DNA from: an uncultured Gammaproteobacteria bacterium
GTDB taxonomy: Bacteria; Patescibacteriota; Microgenomatia; Levybacterales; GWA1-39-11
Assembly (NCBI GenBank): GCA_964531275.1
Contig: CAZHDZ010000003.1
Coordinates: forward strand, 33,208 to 97,207
Direction of reading: 5' to 3'
DNA: 64,000 bases
In this document: in pieces, positions 9,301 to 19,596 of the stretch
Numbering within the stretch: the stretch's first letter is position 1
How the letters are laid out: each line of letters starts with the position of its first letter
Translations under genes and position numbers: made by a program
The notes under the pieces: generated by a model
Database searches by the model: none
Seen by the model: the letters and a program-made list of their open reading frames with translations, nothing else
What the model was told of the DNA's origin: nothing

Positions 9301-11498
9301 AGCTATCAATTATATATGTCCACTACAATGCCGAAACCGAGATATTAGATTCCATTAAAAGCATTTATAAAAATCCACCAAGTGAAAGTTTTGAAATAAT
9401 TGTCGTTGACAATAATGGAAGTCGAGAATTAATGGAGGCTCTACAAAAATACACAGTAATTTATATAAAAAGTAAAAATATTGGGTTTGGTTCAGGATGT
9501 AATCTTGGTGCAAAAAAAGCTTCTGGTAAATTTTTACTTTTCCTTAACCCAGATACAAGAGTAAAAATTGGAGCGATTGATTCAATGCTTTCATTTATCA
9601 AAAAAAACCCTACTGTGGGTGTTTTGGGTCCCCGAATGTATGATGGGGCTAAACATCTGCTTCCTACCATAAATTCAAAGATTAGTCCTTTGAATGCATT
9701 GGTTGCATACTCTTTTTTAAATAGTCTTTTAAGGAATACCTCTATTGCAAGAAAATTTTGGATGATTGGAGTAAATAGAAACCAAACCCAGTTCGTGGAT
9801 GTAGTTAGTGGTGCTTGCATGTTAATTCCGGCACAAATATTTAAGCTTGTTAAAGGTTTTGATGAGAGATTTTTTCTATATTTTGAAGAGCAGGATATCT
9901 GTATAAGAATTAAAAATGAAGGATATGAGATTGTTTTCTTACCAAAAGCACAAATTGTACATTTAGGTGGAAAGAGTTTGTCAGACAAAGAACAAATAAA
10001 AAAATACTTTGAAAGAAGTAGATATCTGTACTTCCAAAAACACTTTGGATTGACAACAGCCATTTTTATCGAAGTGTTTCTTCGAAAGATTACTGTTAAT
10101 TTCTTTCTTGGCATATGTCTAATTTTAATTTCCTCTATGGTAAATACTTACGCGCAGGACAGACTGATGCTTTTTATTGGGGATGCTGCCAGAGATTACA
10201 ATGCGGCAAAGGAAATGATAGTTAGTGGTGTACCGGTGCTTGTAGGTATTCCTTCCTCTGTATCATGGCTGCATCAAGGGCCAATCTCGGTTTGGTTAAT
10301 TGCGCTTGCCCTGAAGATCTCTAACTTTAATCCGGTGGCACCGGCCTATCTCTTTGGAGTTCTTGGCGGATTAACAACTGGTCTGGTTTTTTATCTAGGT
10401 AATAAGTTATTTGGAAGAGCAGTGGGTATGGTAGCTGGTATCTTTTATGCATTCTCGCCAATGACAGTTGTCAATGCCAGGATGCCCTATCATACATCGT
10501 TGGTGCCATTATTCACGATAATCTTTTTTGTGCTTCTCTATAAGTCAAAAAAAAACATACATCTCCTTCCAGCGCTTACAATTTCCTTGGGGGCATTATT
10601 ACTCGTTGAGCTTTCGAATATCGTAGCAGCTCTGGTTGCATTTTTTTTCCTTTTTCCGCAAAGAAAATATATATCTAAAAAATTGGCTATTGCTTCGATT
10701 GCGACATTTCTAATTGGTATCTTCCCTTTTATACTGAGCGATTTTCTTAATGGACCCAGTTATTTGAAGTTTCCCCTATGGATCGTAAATAGGATTCGAT
10801 ACTTTTTCGTAGGTATGCCTACAGAAAGAGGAGTTTCAACAGTGGCAGGTATTTGGGATACTTATTATCAACAACTCTCTGGTGTTGTCATTCCACATAT
10901 TCCGGTACTGAGCATGGCGTTTTTTTGCTTGGTTATGGCAATTTCTTTGTATTCATACTACAAAGGAAGAATTAACCAGTTGCAGCTATTATTGCTTTGG
11001 TTTTTGGTACCCATAGTTTCATTCACTTTTCATAAATCTCCAGGGACGGCTTATTTTGGTCTTCTATATCCGGTAATAGCTTTGCTGTCAGCATTTGTAT
11101 TAGTGAAGTTATTTACTGCAAGACGAGCGCTCATGCTAGTCTTTGCGTACGCCTTTATAAATGGAATGCTTCTTTTAGCAAATGATTTTTTTGTGAGTAC
11201 TGAATATGCAGCAAATCCTATGCCGCCAACCTTTTACAGCTTTGGGACCACATGGAGGGTTGCAGATGAAGCAGCTCTTTCTATTGTAAATGATGCGAAA
11301 GGCTCGTTTATTACTCTTATTCCTGAAGGAACAATTTCCTTATATAAAACAGGCATAGAGCCTTATAAATATTTAATTTTTTATCATGAGGGTAAATTTT
11401 CGAATGATGGTGTAAAGTATTTGATTTCGGATAAGTTAACGGGTTCAGGCAAAATTTTATATGACAGCAGTTACGTAGTAGCAGAAAAACATGAATAA
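9297..11498 (+). CDS. Fusion protein: N-terminal GT2 (WbbL/rhamnosyltransferase-like) domain plus a C-terminal polytopic ArnT/PMT-like GT-C membrane domain
   Basis: Residues 1-260 carry IIVVDNNGS, NIGFGSGCNLG and FLNPDT (GT2). Residues 270-733 form about 11 TM helices plus a C-terminal soluble domain, with an N-terminal YAQDRL..GDAARDY loop like PMT_2/ArnT. Confidence 0.55.
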   Translation: MKLSIIYVHYNAETEILDSIKSIYKNPPSESFEIIVVDNNGSRELMEALQKYTVIYIKSKNIGFGSGCNLGAKKASGKFLLFLNPDTRVKIGAIDSMLSFIKKNPTVGVLGPRMYDGAKHLLPTINSKISPLNALVAYSFLNSLLRNTSIARKFWMIGVNRNQTQFVDVVSGACMLIPAQIFKLVKGFDERFFLYFEEQDICIRIKNEGYEIVFLPKAQIVHLGGKSLSDKEQIKKYFERSRYLYFQKHFGLTTAIFIEVFLRKITVNFFLGICLILISSMVNTYAQDRLMLFIGDAARDYNAAKEMIVSGVPVLVGIPSSVSWLHQGPISVWLIALALKISNFNPVAPAYLFGVLGGLTTGLVFYLGNKLFGRAVGMVAGIFYAFSPMTVVNARMPYHTSLVPLFTIIFFVLLYKSKKNIHLLPALTISLGALLLVELSNIVAALVAFFFLFPQRKYISKKLAIASIATFLIGIFPFILSDFLNGPSYLKFPLWIVNRIRYFFVGMPTERGVSTVAGIWDTYYQQLSGVVIPHIPVLSMAFFCLVMAISLYSYYKGRINQLQLLLLWFLVPIVSFTFHKSPGTAYFGLLYPVIALLSAFVLVKLFTARRALMLVFAYAFINGMLLLANDFFVSTEYAANPMPPTFYSFGTTWRVADEAALSIVNDAKGSFITLIPEGTISLYKTGIEPYKYLIFYHEGKFSNDGVKYLISDKLTGSGKILYDSSYVVAEKHE

Positions 11499-14199
11499 AT
11501 TTTTGGGTATTTTCTTAATAGTAATTGCCTTCATTTTTGTTTTGCATTTTTTCGGAAAAATCTTCTTACCTACAGACATACTAAATTATTTTCCATCGTT
11601 CTCGCAAAGCTCCTGGACAAAACCCCACAACTCATTACTTGCAGATCCCGTTTTTCAATTTGAACCTTGGAGAATTTTTGCAAAAGAAGAGCTACTTCGT
11701 GGAAAAATTCCTATTTGGAACAATCTTAATGCAACGGGAGTTCCTTTCCTAGCTAACATGCAGAACGCAGTATTTTTTCCTCTTAATTTCTTTTATTATG
11801 TTTTTCCCCCATCAATATCTTTATTTTTGATAGCATCTTTAAAATATGTTCTTTTTGTATTGTTCTCAATTCTATATTTAAGACAGCTTAAAATTTCTAA
11901 GTTTTCAGCAGTACTTTCTTCCCTAATTGCATCCTCAAGCTATATGGTTATTTGGTTGCAGTGGCCCCAGACAAACGTTTTTCTTTGTCTACCACTAATA
12001 CTTTTGCTTATTGAAAAGCTATCTGTATCAAAAAACAAATTTCATTATTTAGCGTTACTTTCTGTTACGTATTTTATTGCAATTACTGGAGGTCATCCAG
12101 AAACTTTTTTTAATATCTTTTTAATTGCATGTATTTATATTTTGGTCGTAATTAAAAAGAGGAATATATTTCTTATTCATGCACTGGCAGTTTTTTGGGG
12201 GTGTGTGCTAGGTTCTTTCCTGCTAGTTCCATTTATAGAATATTTGGTAAATAGTTATGCTGCTTACGCTAGATCCATTTCGAAGCATGCTGAATTGCCG
12301 TTATGGTCATTTGTTTCCTTGCTGAATCCAATTGTACTGGGAGGTCCCCAATTTTCTTTGTATAAACCATTTTCGGCATTAACGAATTTTGCCGAAACAA
12401 GCGTAGTGTTTGTTGGCCCTATTGCTGCTATTTTAGCTATTCGCATGCTTAAGTTGAAATCGTTTGGAATAAAATTTATATTTCTTGCTTTTATTTGCTT
12501 TCTCTTAGCATACTTTCCGATCTTGTCAGTTATTCCAATAGTGCATTTAAATGCAAGCAGTAGATTCGCGATATTTATACCTTTCTTTCTTTCAATAGCG
12601 GCGGGTTTCTCAATTGATCAGTTGGACAAAAAAAGTTACGCAATTAAATTTAAGCAAACATATGGTATAGGTATTTTAGGATTATCTATGATTGCTCTTT
12701 TGTTTGTGCCCACCGCAACAAATACAGAATCATTTTTCATATTCTCGGTTTCTTATATACTATTTCTCTTATTTACTTCATTTCTCTTCTTCTTGGTGTT
12801 GAGTCATTCCATCAAATTCAAGCGACTCATATTGACTACTATTATTACTTTGCAGATTATCTTCCCAGTAATAAGCTATAACGGTTTTAATAATACTGAG
12901 TCCTATTACCCCAGAAACAGTTTTATTAATTCTTTAACCAGGATAAATGATGCAAGGGTAATACAAGTCGGGAACATAAATCTTCCAGCAGATATAAACA
13001 TGGCTTATGGAATTGAAAGCGCAGAGAATTACGACGCTTTGGATATAAAAAATTACAAGGATAATTTTGATAAGGCTTTTCCATTAAAAAATCACATGGG
13101 AATAGTTGATGAAGTTTCCCCATATGCTCTCAAAAAATTTGGAATAAATACCGTCATATCTGACTACGATATTAATTTAAGGAAAATTACAGTTCAAAAA
13201 AATATTGATCAAAGGATTAGTCTCAGAAAACCTCTTGTTGTCTATTTTGAAAATAAGGAAGGAAATTTAAAGGAAATACGGTTAATAACTCAAAATTTTA
13301 ATAGATCTAATAAATGCAAAGTGCGAATCCAGTTGCTCAATGGCAAACAACTTCTTTCTTCGACATTGTTCAATTGTTTAGATGCTCGAGACAATATGTA
13401 TATTACTGTTCCAATTAGTGGCTTAAGAATAGATAGTGCTAAAAAGTATCAACTAAGATTGGAGCCAGTAGGTTTTAATTCTACTAACGAAATTGCGTTG
13501 CGAGGATCAGGTGGTATTCCTTACGTAGACTTGTTGATTGAACAAAATCAACATGAATACAAACTTCTTTATAAAGGTACCAATGTAAGTATTTTTACAG
13601 TTAATTACTCAAGTAAGATTGATTATGGAGGTACTTCTTCTATTCTTGAAAATGAGACTAATAAGATTTCAATTGTAACGAATAGTAGTAACAATTCAAA
13701 ACTAACTCTCAAAAATTCTTTTTATCCTGGCTGGGAGGCTTATATAAATAATCGCAAAGTTATTATTATTGATAGAAATCCTTTCATGTCAGTTCAGGTT
13801 CCAAAAGGAGAAAATTTAGTGGAATTTATTTATAAGCCGAAGTCGCTATACTTAGGTTCAATAGTATCTTTTATTGGTTTTTTGGTTTTGACTACTTATT
13901 TTTTGAGAAAAATTATAAAGAACAAGAAGTTCTTCGGAATTAGGAAAAAAGTTTTTTTTGAAAAGCATGCAAAATATTTTTTTTCCGGAGCTATTATTTC
14001 CGAAATCATATTGGTGACTGGACTTAAAATCTTCTCATTTGAATTTTACTATCCTATGACAACTGCAATTAATTGGTTTACTGTTCATAAATATCCTCGA
14101 CAACAAGAATACTTTTTCTTTTTACTTTTATTCTTTATCCCACTTTTTTTCGGAATTTTAAGCTGGTTAATCCTAGTAAGAAGGGGATCAAGTAAATGA
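11491..14199 (+). CDS. Large (902 aa) YfhO-like GT-C membrane protein
   Basis: N-terminal LLADPVFQFEPW...GKIPIWNNLNATGVPFLANMQNAVFFP resembles the YfhO N-region. Many TM helices. A C-terminal FYPGWEAYINNRKV precedes a final TM helix. Confidence 0.5.
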   Translation: MNKFLGIFLIVIAFIFVLHFFGKIFLPTDILNYFPSFSQSSWTKPHNSLLADPVFQFEPWRIFAKEELLRGKIPIWNNLNATGVPFLANMQNAVFFPLNFFYYVFPPSISLFLIASLKYVLFVLFSILYLRQLKISKFSAVLSSLIASSSYMVIWLQWPQTNVFLCLPLILLLIEKLSVSKNKFHYLALLSVTYFIAITGGHPETFFNIFLIACIYILVVIKKRNIFLIHALAVFWGCVLGSFLLVPFIEYLVNSYAAYARSISKHAELPLWSFVSLLNPIVLGGPQFSLYKPFSALTNFAETSVVFVGPIAAILAIRMLKLKSFGIKFIFLAFICFLLAYFPILSVIPIVHLNASSRFAIFIPFFLSIAAGFSIDQLDKKSYAIKFKQTYGIGILGLSMIALLFVPTATNTESFFIFSVSYILFLLFTSFLFFLVLSHSIKFKRLILTTIITLQIIFPVISYNGFNNTESYYPRNSFINSLTRINDARVIQVGNINLPADINMAYGIESAENYDALDIKNYKDNFDKAFPLKNHMGIVDEVSPYALKKFGINTVISDYDINLRKITVQKNIDQRISLRKPLVVYFENKEGNLKEIRLITQNFNRSNKCKVRIQLLNGKQLLSSTLFNCLDARDNMYITVPISGLRIDSAKKYQLRLEPVGFNSTNEIALRGSGGIPYVDLLIEQNQHEYKLLYKGTNVSIFTVNYSSKIDYGGTSSILENETNKISIVTNSSNNSKLTLKNSFYPGWEAYINNRKVIIIDRNPFMSVQVPKGENLVEFIYKPKSLYLGSIVSFIGFLVLTTYFLRKIIKNKKFFGIRKKVFFEKHAKYFFSGAIISEIILVTGLKIFSFEFYYPMTTAINWFTVHKYPRQQEYFFFLLLFFIPLFFGILSWLILVRRGSSK

Positions 14200-15734
14200 A
14201 AAGATATATTTGGATATTAATTGCAGCATTTTTCCTACTGTTAGTAGGTTCAGGATTGGTAATAAGCCCATTTTATGGCGACATAAATGTAATTGATGAA
14301 GGCCAATTTGGAGGTTGGATTACTCACATGTTGCATGGCCAAAAACTATATGTTGACACTTATGCCGCGTATGGACCTCTTTATATTTACCCCTTATATT
14401 TTGCCTCAAAGCTGTTCGGACCTTCAGTTTTTTTGATAAGGATTATTTATTTAGTAATAGGAACTCTTGGAGCATTGATAATCGCGAAATGGGCAATGCA
14501 GCGATTGAAAATTAAGGAATATATCCAATATATGGTATTGTCTTTGCTTATTATTATTCCTGGATTTGGCATGAGACAAGGAATGGGACTTATTGCTCTT
14601 CTTGCTTTGGATAAGGGAATTGCGAAAAATAACCCAAAATGGTGGATGATAACAGGTGCTACTGTTTGTATTACTTTTCTCGTAAGTTCTGACATGGGCA
14701 TATTTGTAGGGATCATAAGTGCTCTGTCTGTATTCATAGCTTCGATCCATGCTGAGAAGCTTAAAAGCGTGTTAATTAACACTGCTGGCTACCTAGTGGG
14801 AATAGTTGTGCCTTTTTTGATATTTTCAATTCTAGCTTACCAAGATGGATGGCTAACAGCATATATCCAAACTGTAGTTGACGATTACATCTCTTATTCC
14901 GGAATGGGTCTTCCCAATGGTCAGGCATTTCCGAATCTCTTAACGCTCTTTTTTGAAGCTAATAGTCCATGGGCCATGGTAAAAGTTATTTTGTCACGCG
15001 AAGCAATCTTATATTGGAATTATTTGTTGTACTTCTGCCTAGTTGCATTTATCGTTATAAAATTTTTATTAAAAGGTAGACTCGTTGATACTTATCTTTC
15101 CTTCATTACAATTTTCGGCTTTATGTTGTCTATGATTCTTCTTGGAAGATTTGGCCATATTCCATTTGTTATACCAATTTCTTTTATACTTATGGGATAT
15201 TTATGTTCACGTGTCCTGCTGCTTCCAAAGGGCAAACTTAAAATAGTAATTATTGTTGCAATGGTGATTTTTTCTCTTCGGTTTGTCAGCCTATATAGGC
15301 CTCATTTCGGTAGAATATTAGAAATTCCATCCAATTTTTTTCAGAATACAGCAAGTGCGTCATATATAGGTCCCATATCTATTTCTCGTGAACAAGATGA
15401 GCAGTTTTTATTTGTTCAAAAATTTGTACATGAAAATGTGGAGAAAAATGAATCTATATTTTTTCTTGGAAATGAGCCAGTAATGTATCTTGTGGCAAAT
15501 AGGACAAATCCTTCACGATTTGATCTTCCGGAGGTAATTAATTCAAAAGCAAAACGTTATGAATTGATTGAATCCTTGGAAAAAAAAGAGACTAAATATA
15601 TCCTTTATAATAAATCTTCGTGGGATGTAGATGGAGTTTCTAACGCTCAAAGATTGCCCGAGCTTATGGAATATATAGGGCAAAAATATACGAGTTCTGA
15701 GCAGCAAGGATTTGTTATTTATAAGAGGCGTTAA
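14196..15734 (+). CDS. Polytopic membrane protein with a C-terminal soluble domain, possible GT-C-type transferase
   Basis: About 10 TM helices plus a roughly 130-aa C-terminal hydrophilic domain. The architecture parallels the other GT-C-like genes in the island, but no diagnostic motif was recognised. Confidence 0.35.
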   Translation: MKRYIWILIAAFFLLLVGSGLVISPFYGDINVIDEGQFGGWITHMLHGQKLYVDTYAAYGPLYIYPLYFASKLFGPSVFLIRIIYLVIGTLGALIIAKWAMQRLKIKEYIQYMVLSLLIIIPGFGMRQGMGLIALLALDKGIAKNNPKWWMITGATVCITFLVSSDMGIFVGIISALSVFIASIHAEKLKSVLINTAGYLVGIVVPFLIFSILAYQDGWLTAYIQTVVDDYISYSGMGLPNGQAFPNLLTLFFEANSPWAMVKVILSREAILYWNYLLYFCLVAFIVIKFLLKGRLVDTYLSFITIFGFMLSMILLGRFGHIPFVIPISFILMGYLCSRVLLLPKGKLKIVIIVAMVIFSLRFVSLYRPHFGRILEIPSNFFQNTASASYIGPISISREQDEQFLFVQKFVHENVEKNESIFFLGNEPVMYLVANRTNPSRFDLPEVINSKAKRYELIESLEKKETKYILYNKSSWDVDGVSNAQRLPELMEYIGQKYTSSEQQGFVIYKRR

Positions 15735-17015
15735 TTATTTAATTGAACTTCCTTTTATAATTTTTGGTATCGGAAGAGGTATTATAAAATCTCCCTTGTA
15801 GCCTTTACTTACTAATTTAGGTATAAGCTCATCTGCAATATGCCATGAAAAAAGAAGAGCATATTCTGGCTGGTTCTTAAATAAGAGTCCCTCATCCAGT
15901 ACTGGGATGAGAGTTCCTGGCATATATTTTCCAGTTTTGTATGAACCTTTAACTTCAACGATGCAATCTAGAATAGAGTCGTCGAGTCCAGCATAGCTTG
16001 CCAGAGTTGTACCTCTTGAGGGAGCACTTATCCCATAGATTCTCTTACCCTTCTTTTTAATAGATGTAAGTAGCGTGTTAAGTTCAAGCTTGGAGATAAC
16101 AACTTTCCTTTTAAAACTCTCAAATGATTTTATGTCTGCAACCACACTCTTTTCTTTTTCTAGCAATTTCTTTACTGTTGGCTTCACCTCATATTTACCT
16201 TTCAAAGCAGCATATACGCGTATTGAGCCGCCATGTGAAGGAATTTCCTTCGCATGAAATACTTCAAGATCATGTTGTTTTAGTAGGTTGATAATACTAA
16301 TTAACGAATAGTACCTGATGTGCTCATGATAAATGGTGTCATACTGCACAGTTTTTATGAGTGGCATTAGATAATGAGATTCCGAAATAAAAACTCCATC
16401 TGGTGTTAGTAAATTCTTAATATTGTTTGTTAACTCATGAACATGTTCAATATGTGCATAAGCGTTTGTTAGTGTGACAATTTTAGCCTTTCCATATTTC
16501 TTAATGACATTCTTAGAAACTTGGGTTGTAAAGTAGTCGATAATTGTAGGTATCCCTTTCTCAATTGCGAGTTTTCCAATTTCCTCTGGTGTAATACCAA
16601 GAACTTTGTGTTTATCTTTGAAATTGCTAAGAAGATTTCCGTCGTTCGAGCCAATATCAATAATTAAATCGTTTTTAGAAAGTGATATAAGTTTTGACGA
16701 TTCTTCATATAATTCAGCGAAATTTTCTCTAAGAACTTTCGTGGTACTGCTAGTGTATGGGTAGCTTTTTGGAAATAAGATAGTTGGATCTACGATTAGA
16801 CCCATCTGCACTAAGTGGCATTTCTTGCAATAAAGTAAGTTTGCCGGAAAGCTAGGAGAGACTGTTGGAACCGTACCTATTACGGGCATTGTATTAACAG
16901 GAGGAAGATACCCTAAAAATAGTATTGAATAAAGTTTGTTATATCCGCATGACTGGCAAGAAGTTACGGGTAGACTTTGTCCTGTATTGATAGTCTTTTT
17001 AAGAGCGTCCTGCAT
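15735..17015 (-). CDS. NDP-sugar C-methyltransferase-like (TylCIII family: Zn-ribbon Methyltransf_13 plus Methyltransf_14 architecture)
   Basis: N-terminal CQSCGYNKLYSILFLGYLPPVNTMP...CKKCHLVQ Cys4 pattern. IIDIGSNDGNLLSNFK is the SAM motif I. Length 426 aa is typical of the family. Confidence 0.6.
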   Translation of the reverse strand: MQDALKKTINTGQSLPVTSCQSCGYNKLYSILFLGYLPPVNTMPVIGTVPTVSPSFPANLLYCKKCHLVQMGLIVDPTILFPKSYPYTSSTTKVLRENFAELYEESSKLISLSKNDLIIDIGSNDGNLLSNFKDKHKVLGITPEEIGKLAIEKGIPTIIDYFTTQVSKNVIKKYGKAKIVTLTNAYAHIEHVHELTNNIKNLLTPDGVFISESHYLMPLIKTVQYDTIYHEHIRYYSLISIINLLKQHDLEVFHAKEIPSHGGSIRVYAALKGKYEVKPTVKKLLEKEKSVVADIKSFESFKRKVVISKLELNTLLTSIKKKGKRIYGISAPSRGTTLASYAGLDDSILDCIVEVKGSYKTGKYMPGTLIPVLDEGLLFKNQPEYALLFSWHIADELIPKLVSKGYKGDFIIPLPIPKIIKGSSIK

Positions 17016-17052
17016 TTAAGAAAAATATTGTATAACATTGAAGGCACTATAT

Positions 17053-18003
17053 CTATAGCAACTTCTTATACCATTCGCCTGTTTTAGAAAGGCCATCGTC
17101 TAAAGACATTTGTTGCCTATATCCCAATTTTTTTATTTTGGTAATGTCAGGGCACCTTCTTGGTGTACTGCCTTTTTTTAGTTCGCCTGTTACTATTTCT
17201 ATCTCCTTGTTAAGTATCTTTGCAATTTTCTTTGTAAGATTAAGGGAACTAATTTCGTCATCATTTCCTATGTTAAATGTACTTAAATTTTTTGACTTTG
17301 TAAAAACTTCAAAGAAAGCATGCGCAAAGTCATCTATGTACATATAAGATCGTGTTTCTGAGCCCTTTCCTTGTATTCTAAATTTGGTTTTTTTGTTGCC
17401 AATCTTTAACATCCGAAGAATTAATTCGGGAATTGCATGTTCAGTGCCCATGTCCGGTCCATATATATTGTGAGGGCGGAATATGACGGTCTTTTTAAGA
17501 TATTTTGATGCCACATGTATAGCAAGAAGTTCTGAAAGTATCTTTCCGCCTCCATACGAAAAACGTGGATTATATGGATCAGGAACCACCAGTGGAATTT
17601 CTTCTGGCGTGGGTACAATAGAGGGATTTTGATAGACCTCGGAACTTGATGCAAGGAATAATTCTTCCACATTATCAAGCTTGCAGGCTTCAATTACCGA
17701 GAGCATACCATTAACCCCAATATCAAGTACTAGATCGGGGTTTGAATAAAAAAACTTTGTTCCATTCACGTATGCAAGATGAATTATTGATGTGCAGTCT
17801 TTTGCTGCACTAACCACTTTTTTCGTATTACGAATATCACACTCTATAAAATCAAAATTGCCCTCTACATTTTTGAGCTTTGATAATTTTCCACGTTGGA
17901 GATTATCCAAAACCTTAATGTCGTAACCTTGCTGAATAAGACTCTCAACGATAGATGCGCCAATAAATCCAGCACCACCAGTTATCAATATTTTCTTTTT
18001 CAT
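17053..18003 (-). CDS. Extended-SDR NAD-dependent enzyme, UDP-glucuronate decarboxylase (UXS/ArnA C-domain)-like. The ORF-track N-terminal extension to 18099 is a translation of the repeat array and is rejected.
   Basis: ILITGGAGFIGAS motif; SSSEVY; PRFSYGGGK (YxxxK); IFRPHNIYGP. These align in order with ArnA decarboxylase-domain motifs (FPSTSEVYG, RWIYSVSK, LFRPFNWMGP) recalled from memory. Confidence 0.65.
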   Translation of the reverse strand: MKKKILITGGAGFIGASIVESLIQQGYDIKVLDNLQRGKLSKLKNVEGNFDFIECDIRNTKKVVSAAKDCTSIIHLAYVNGTKFFYSNPDLVLDIGVNGMLSVIEACKLDNVEELFLASSSEVYQNPSIVPTPEEIPLVVPDPYNPRFSYGGGKILSELLAIHVASKYLKKTVIFRPHNIYGPDMGTEHAIPELILRMLKIGNKKTKFRIQGKGSETRSYMYIDDFAHAFFEVFTKSKNLSTFNIGNDDEISSLNLTKKIAKILNKEIEIVTGELKKGSTPRRCPDITKIKKLGYRQQMSLDDGLSKTGEWYKKLL

Positions 18004-18049
18004 TTGACCATTATAGACACGGGAATATTTTTCTGCAAATAAGTCGTGT

Positions 18050-18273
18050 GGAAGTTTTAGCGCAGCCAAAACCGACGCAGGAAGTTTTAGCGCAGCCAAG
18101 GTTCTGCGAAGCAGGTTCTTATCATAGCCAAAAGCAGCCCAGGAAGTTTTAGCGCAGCCAAAACCGACGCAGGAAGTTTTAGCGCAGCCAAGGTTCTGCG
18201 AAGCAGGTTCTTATCATAGCCAAAAGCAGCCCAGGAAGTTTTAGCGCAGCCAAAACCGACGCAGGAAGTTTTA
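18050..18273. repeat. Tandem direct repeat, 92-bp period x about 2.4; each period contains two copies of the 20-mer GGAAGTTTTAGCGCAGCCAA
   Basis: Read directly. Periods start at 18050, 18142 and 18234. The array lies in the divergent intergenic region between the SDR gene (minus strand) and the dehydrogenase gene (plus strand). Confidence 0.85.
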
Positions 18274-18288
18274 CTTTGTTTTCTAAAT

Positions 18289-19596
18289 ATGGTATATGTT
18301 AACGATTACATTGGCAACACTATGCAAACAAAAAAACTTATTAACACTTCTGTAATTGGAATAGGTCGCGTAGGATTGCCGCTCGCATTAGTACTTGCAG
18401 ATAGTGGCCTAAACGTTTTTGGCATAGGGAGAAATGAAGAAAAGTGTGTACAAATTAATAAAGGGGAAATGCCCTTTATGGAGGATGGTGCTTCTAAGAT
18501 TCTTAAGAAAGTTGTTGGAAAGAATTTTGTAGCCACAACAGACTATTCATTTGTAAAAAAATCAGAGTATATTATCCTAACACTGGGCACCCCGATTGAC
18601 TCCAACATGAACCCGGTTTTATCGCAGATAGAAGCGGCGCTTGCAGAAATGAAGCCCTACTTAAAGAAAGGGCAAACTTTAATTTTAAGAAGTACAGTTT
18701 CTCCTGGAACGACACAGTACGTAAAATCAATAATTAACGGTATAAGAGAATTGTCTGTTGGTGTCAATTTTTTCGTAGCATTCTGTCCGGAAAGGATAGT
18801 GGAGGGTAAAGCTATTGACGAAATAAGACTTATCCCACAAATTATTGGCGGAGTTGATCTCAAAAGCACAAAAAAAGCTGAAAAACTATTTTCGCTTATT
18901 GGATGCACAACACTTAATAGCGATGATGTGTCAGCAGAGCTCGCAAAATTGTTTACAAATATGTATAGATATATTAACTTTGCTATTGCGAATGAATTTA
19001 TGGTTGTTGCAGACAACCACGGGAAGAATATCTACAGTATCATTGACTTGGTAAACTCAAGATACAAGAGGGGAGGACTAGCAAGTCCAGGTATGACCGC
19101 GGGTCCATGCCTATTTAAAGACGGATTTTTCCTTGTGTCAGATCTTCCCTACAATGATCTTATCACGACAAGCTGGAAGATAAATGAGTCGATCCCTCTG
19201 TTCTTAGTTAAAAAGTTGAAGAATCAAATCGATCTTGATGGAAAGAAGGCTGCAATCCTGGGGATGGCTTTTAAGGCAGAAATTGATGATATACGAGAGT
19301 CATTAAGTTTTAAAGTCCGAAAGGCTCTAATGCGAGAGAATATGAAAGTCGAGCTTCATGATCCGTATGTTAAGGAATATGCCTACCAAGAAATACGGAC
19401 TGATGTTTATGACGCATGCAAAGGAGCAGACTTGATATTTGTTGCAACAAATCACCTTGAATATAAATCCTTAGATATAGCAAAACTTAGAAAGGTAGTG
19501 AAGAAGAACTGCTACGTCTGCGATATTTGGAATGTTTTTGGAACTGGTAATATTTTCTTTAATATAAAAGATCTTAAAGTTTCGCGTAAGAGTTAA
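18289..19596 (+). CDS. Nucleotide-sugar dehydrogenase (UDP-glucose / UDP-ManNAc 6-dehydrogenase family); an alternative start lies at 18322
   Basis: VIGIGRVGLPLALVLA NAD-binding motif. The central catalytic Cys region is GGLASPGMTAGPC. The C-terminal UDPG_MGDP_dh_C-like region contains GMAFKAE..DIRES. Confidence 0.8.
   Translation: MVYVNDYIGNTMQTKKLINTSVIGIGRVGLPLALVLADSGLNVFGIGRNEEKCVQINKGEMPFMEDGASKILKKVVGKNFVATTDYSFVKKSEYIILTLGTPIDSNMNPVLSQIEAALAEMKPYLKKGQTLILRSTVSPGTTQYVKSIINGIRELSVGVNFFVAFCPERIVEGKAIDEIRLIPQIIGGVDLKSTKKAEKLFSLIGCTTLNSDDVSAELAKLFTNMYRYINFAIANEFMVVADNHGKNIYSIIDLVNSRYKRGGLASPGMTAGPCLFKDGFFLVSDLPYNDLITTSWKINESIPLFLVKKLKNQIDLDGKKAAILGMAFKAEIDDIRESLSFKVRKALMRENMKVELHDPYVKEYAYQEIRTDVYDACKGADLIFVATNHLEYKSLDIAKLRKVVKKNCYVCDIWNVFGTGNIFFNIKDLKVSRKS

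Noticed and set aside
9461-10114. 217-aa antisense ORF inside the GT2::GT-C fusion gene
   Set aside because: It lies antisense within a well-supported CDS, has no motifs, and shows the hydrophobic, codon-bias-mirroring composition typical of shadow ORFs. The same applies to the other short antisense ORFs in the track, for example 37333..37674, 45293..45682 and 58770..59111.
17053-18099. N-terminal extension MAALKLPASVLAALKLP... on the SDR ORF
   Set aside because: The extra 32 codons are simply the translation of the tandem repeat array (18004-18099). The conserved Rossmann N-terminus starts at MKKKILITGGAGFIG, so the start codon was moved to 18003.
18121-18160. SRP-RNA-like string AGCAGCCCAGGAAG
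   Set aside because: It is part of the 92-bp tandem repeat unit. No SRP RNA helix-8 structure or GNRA tetraloop context is present.
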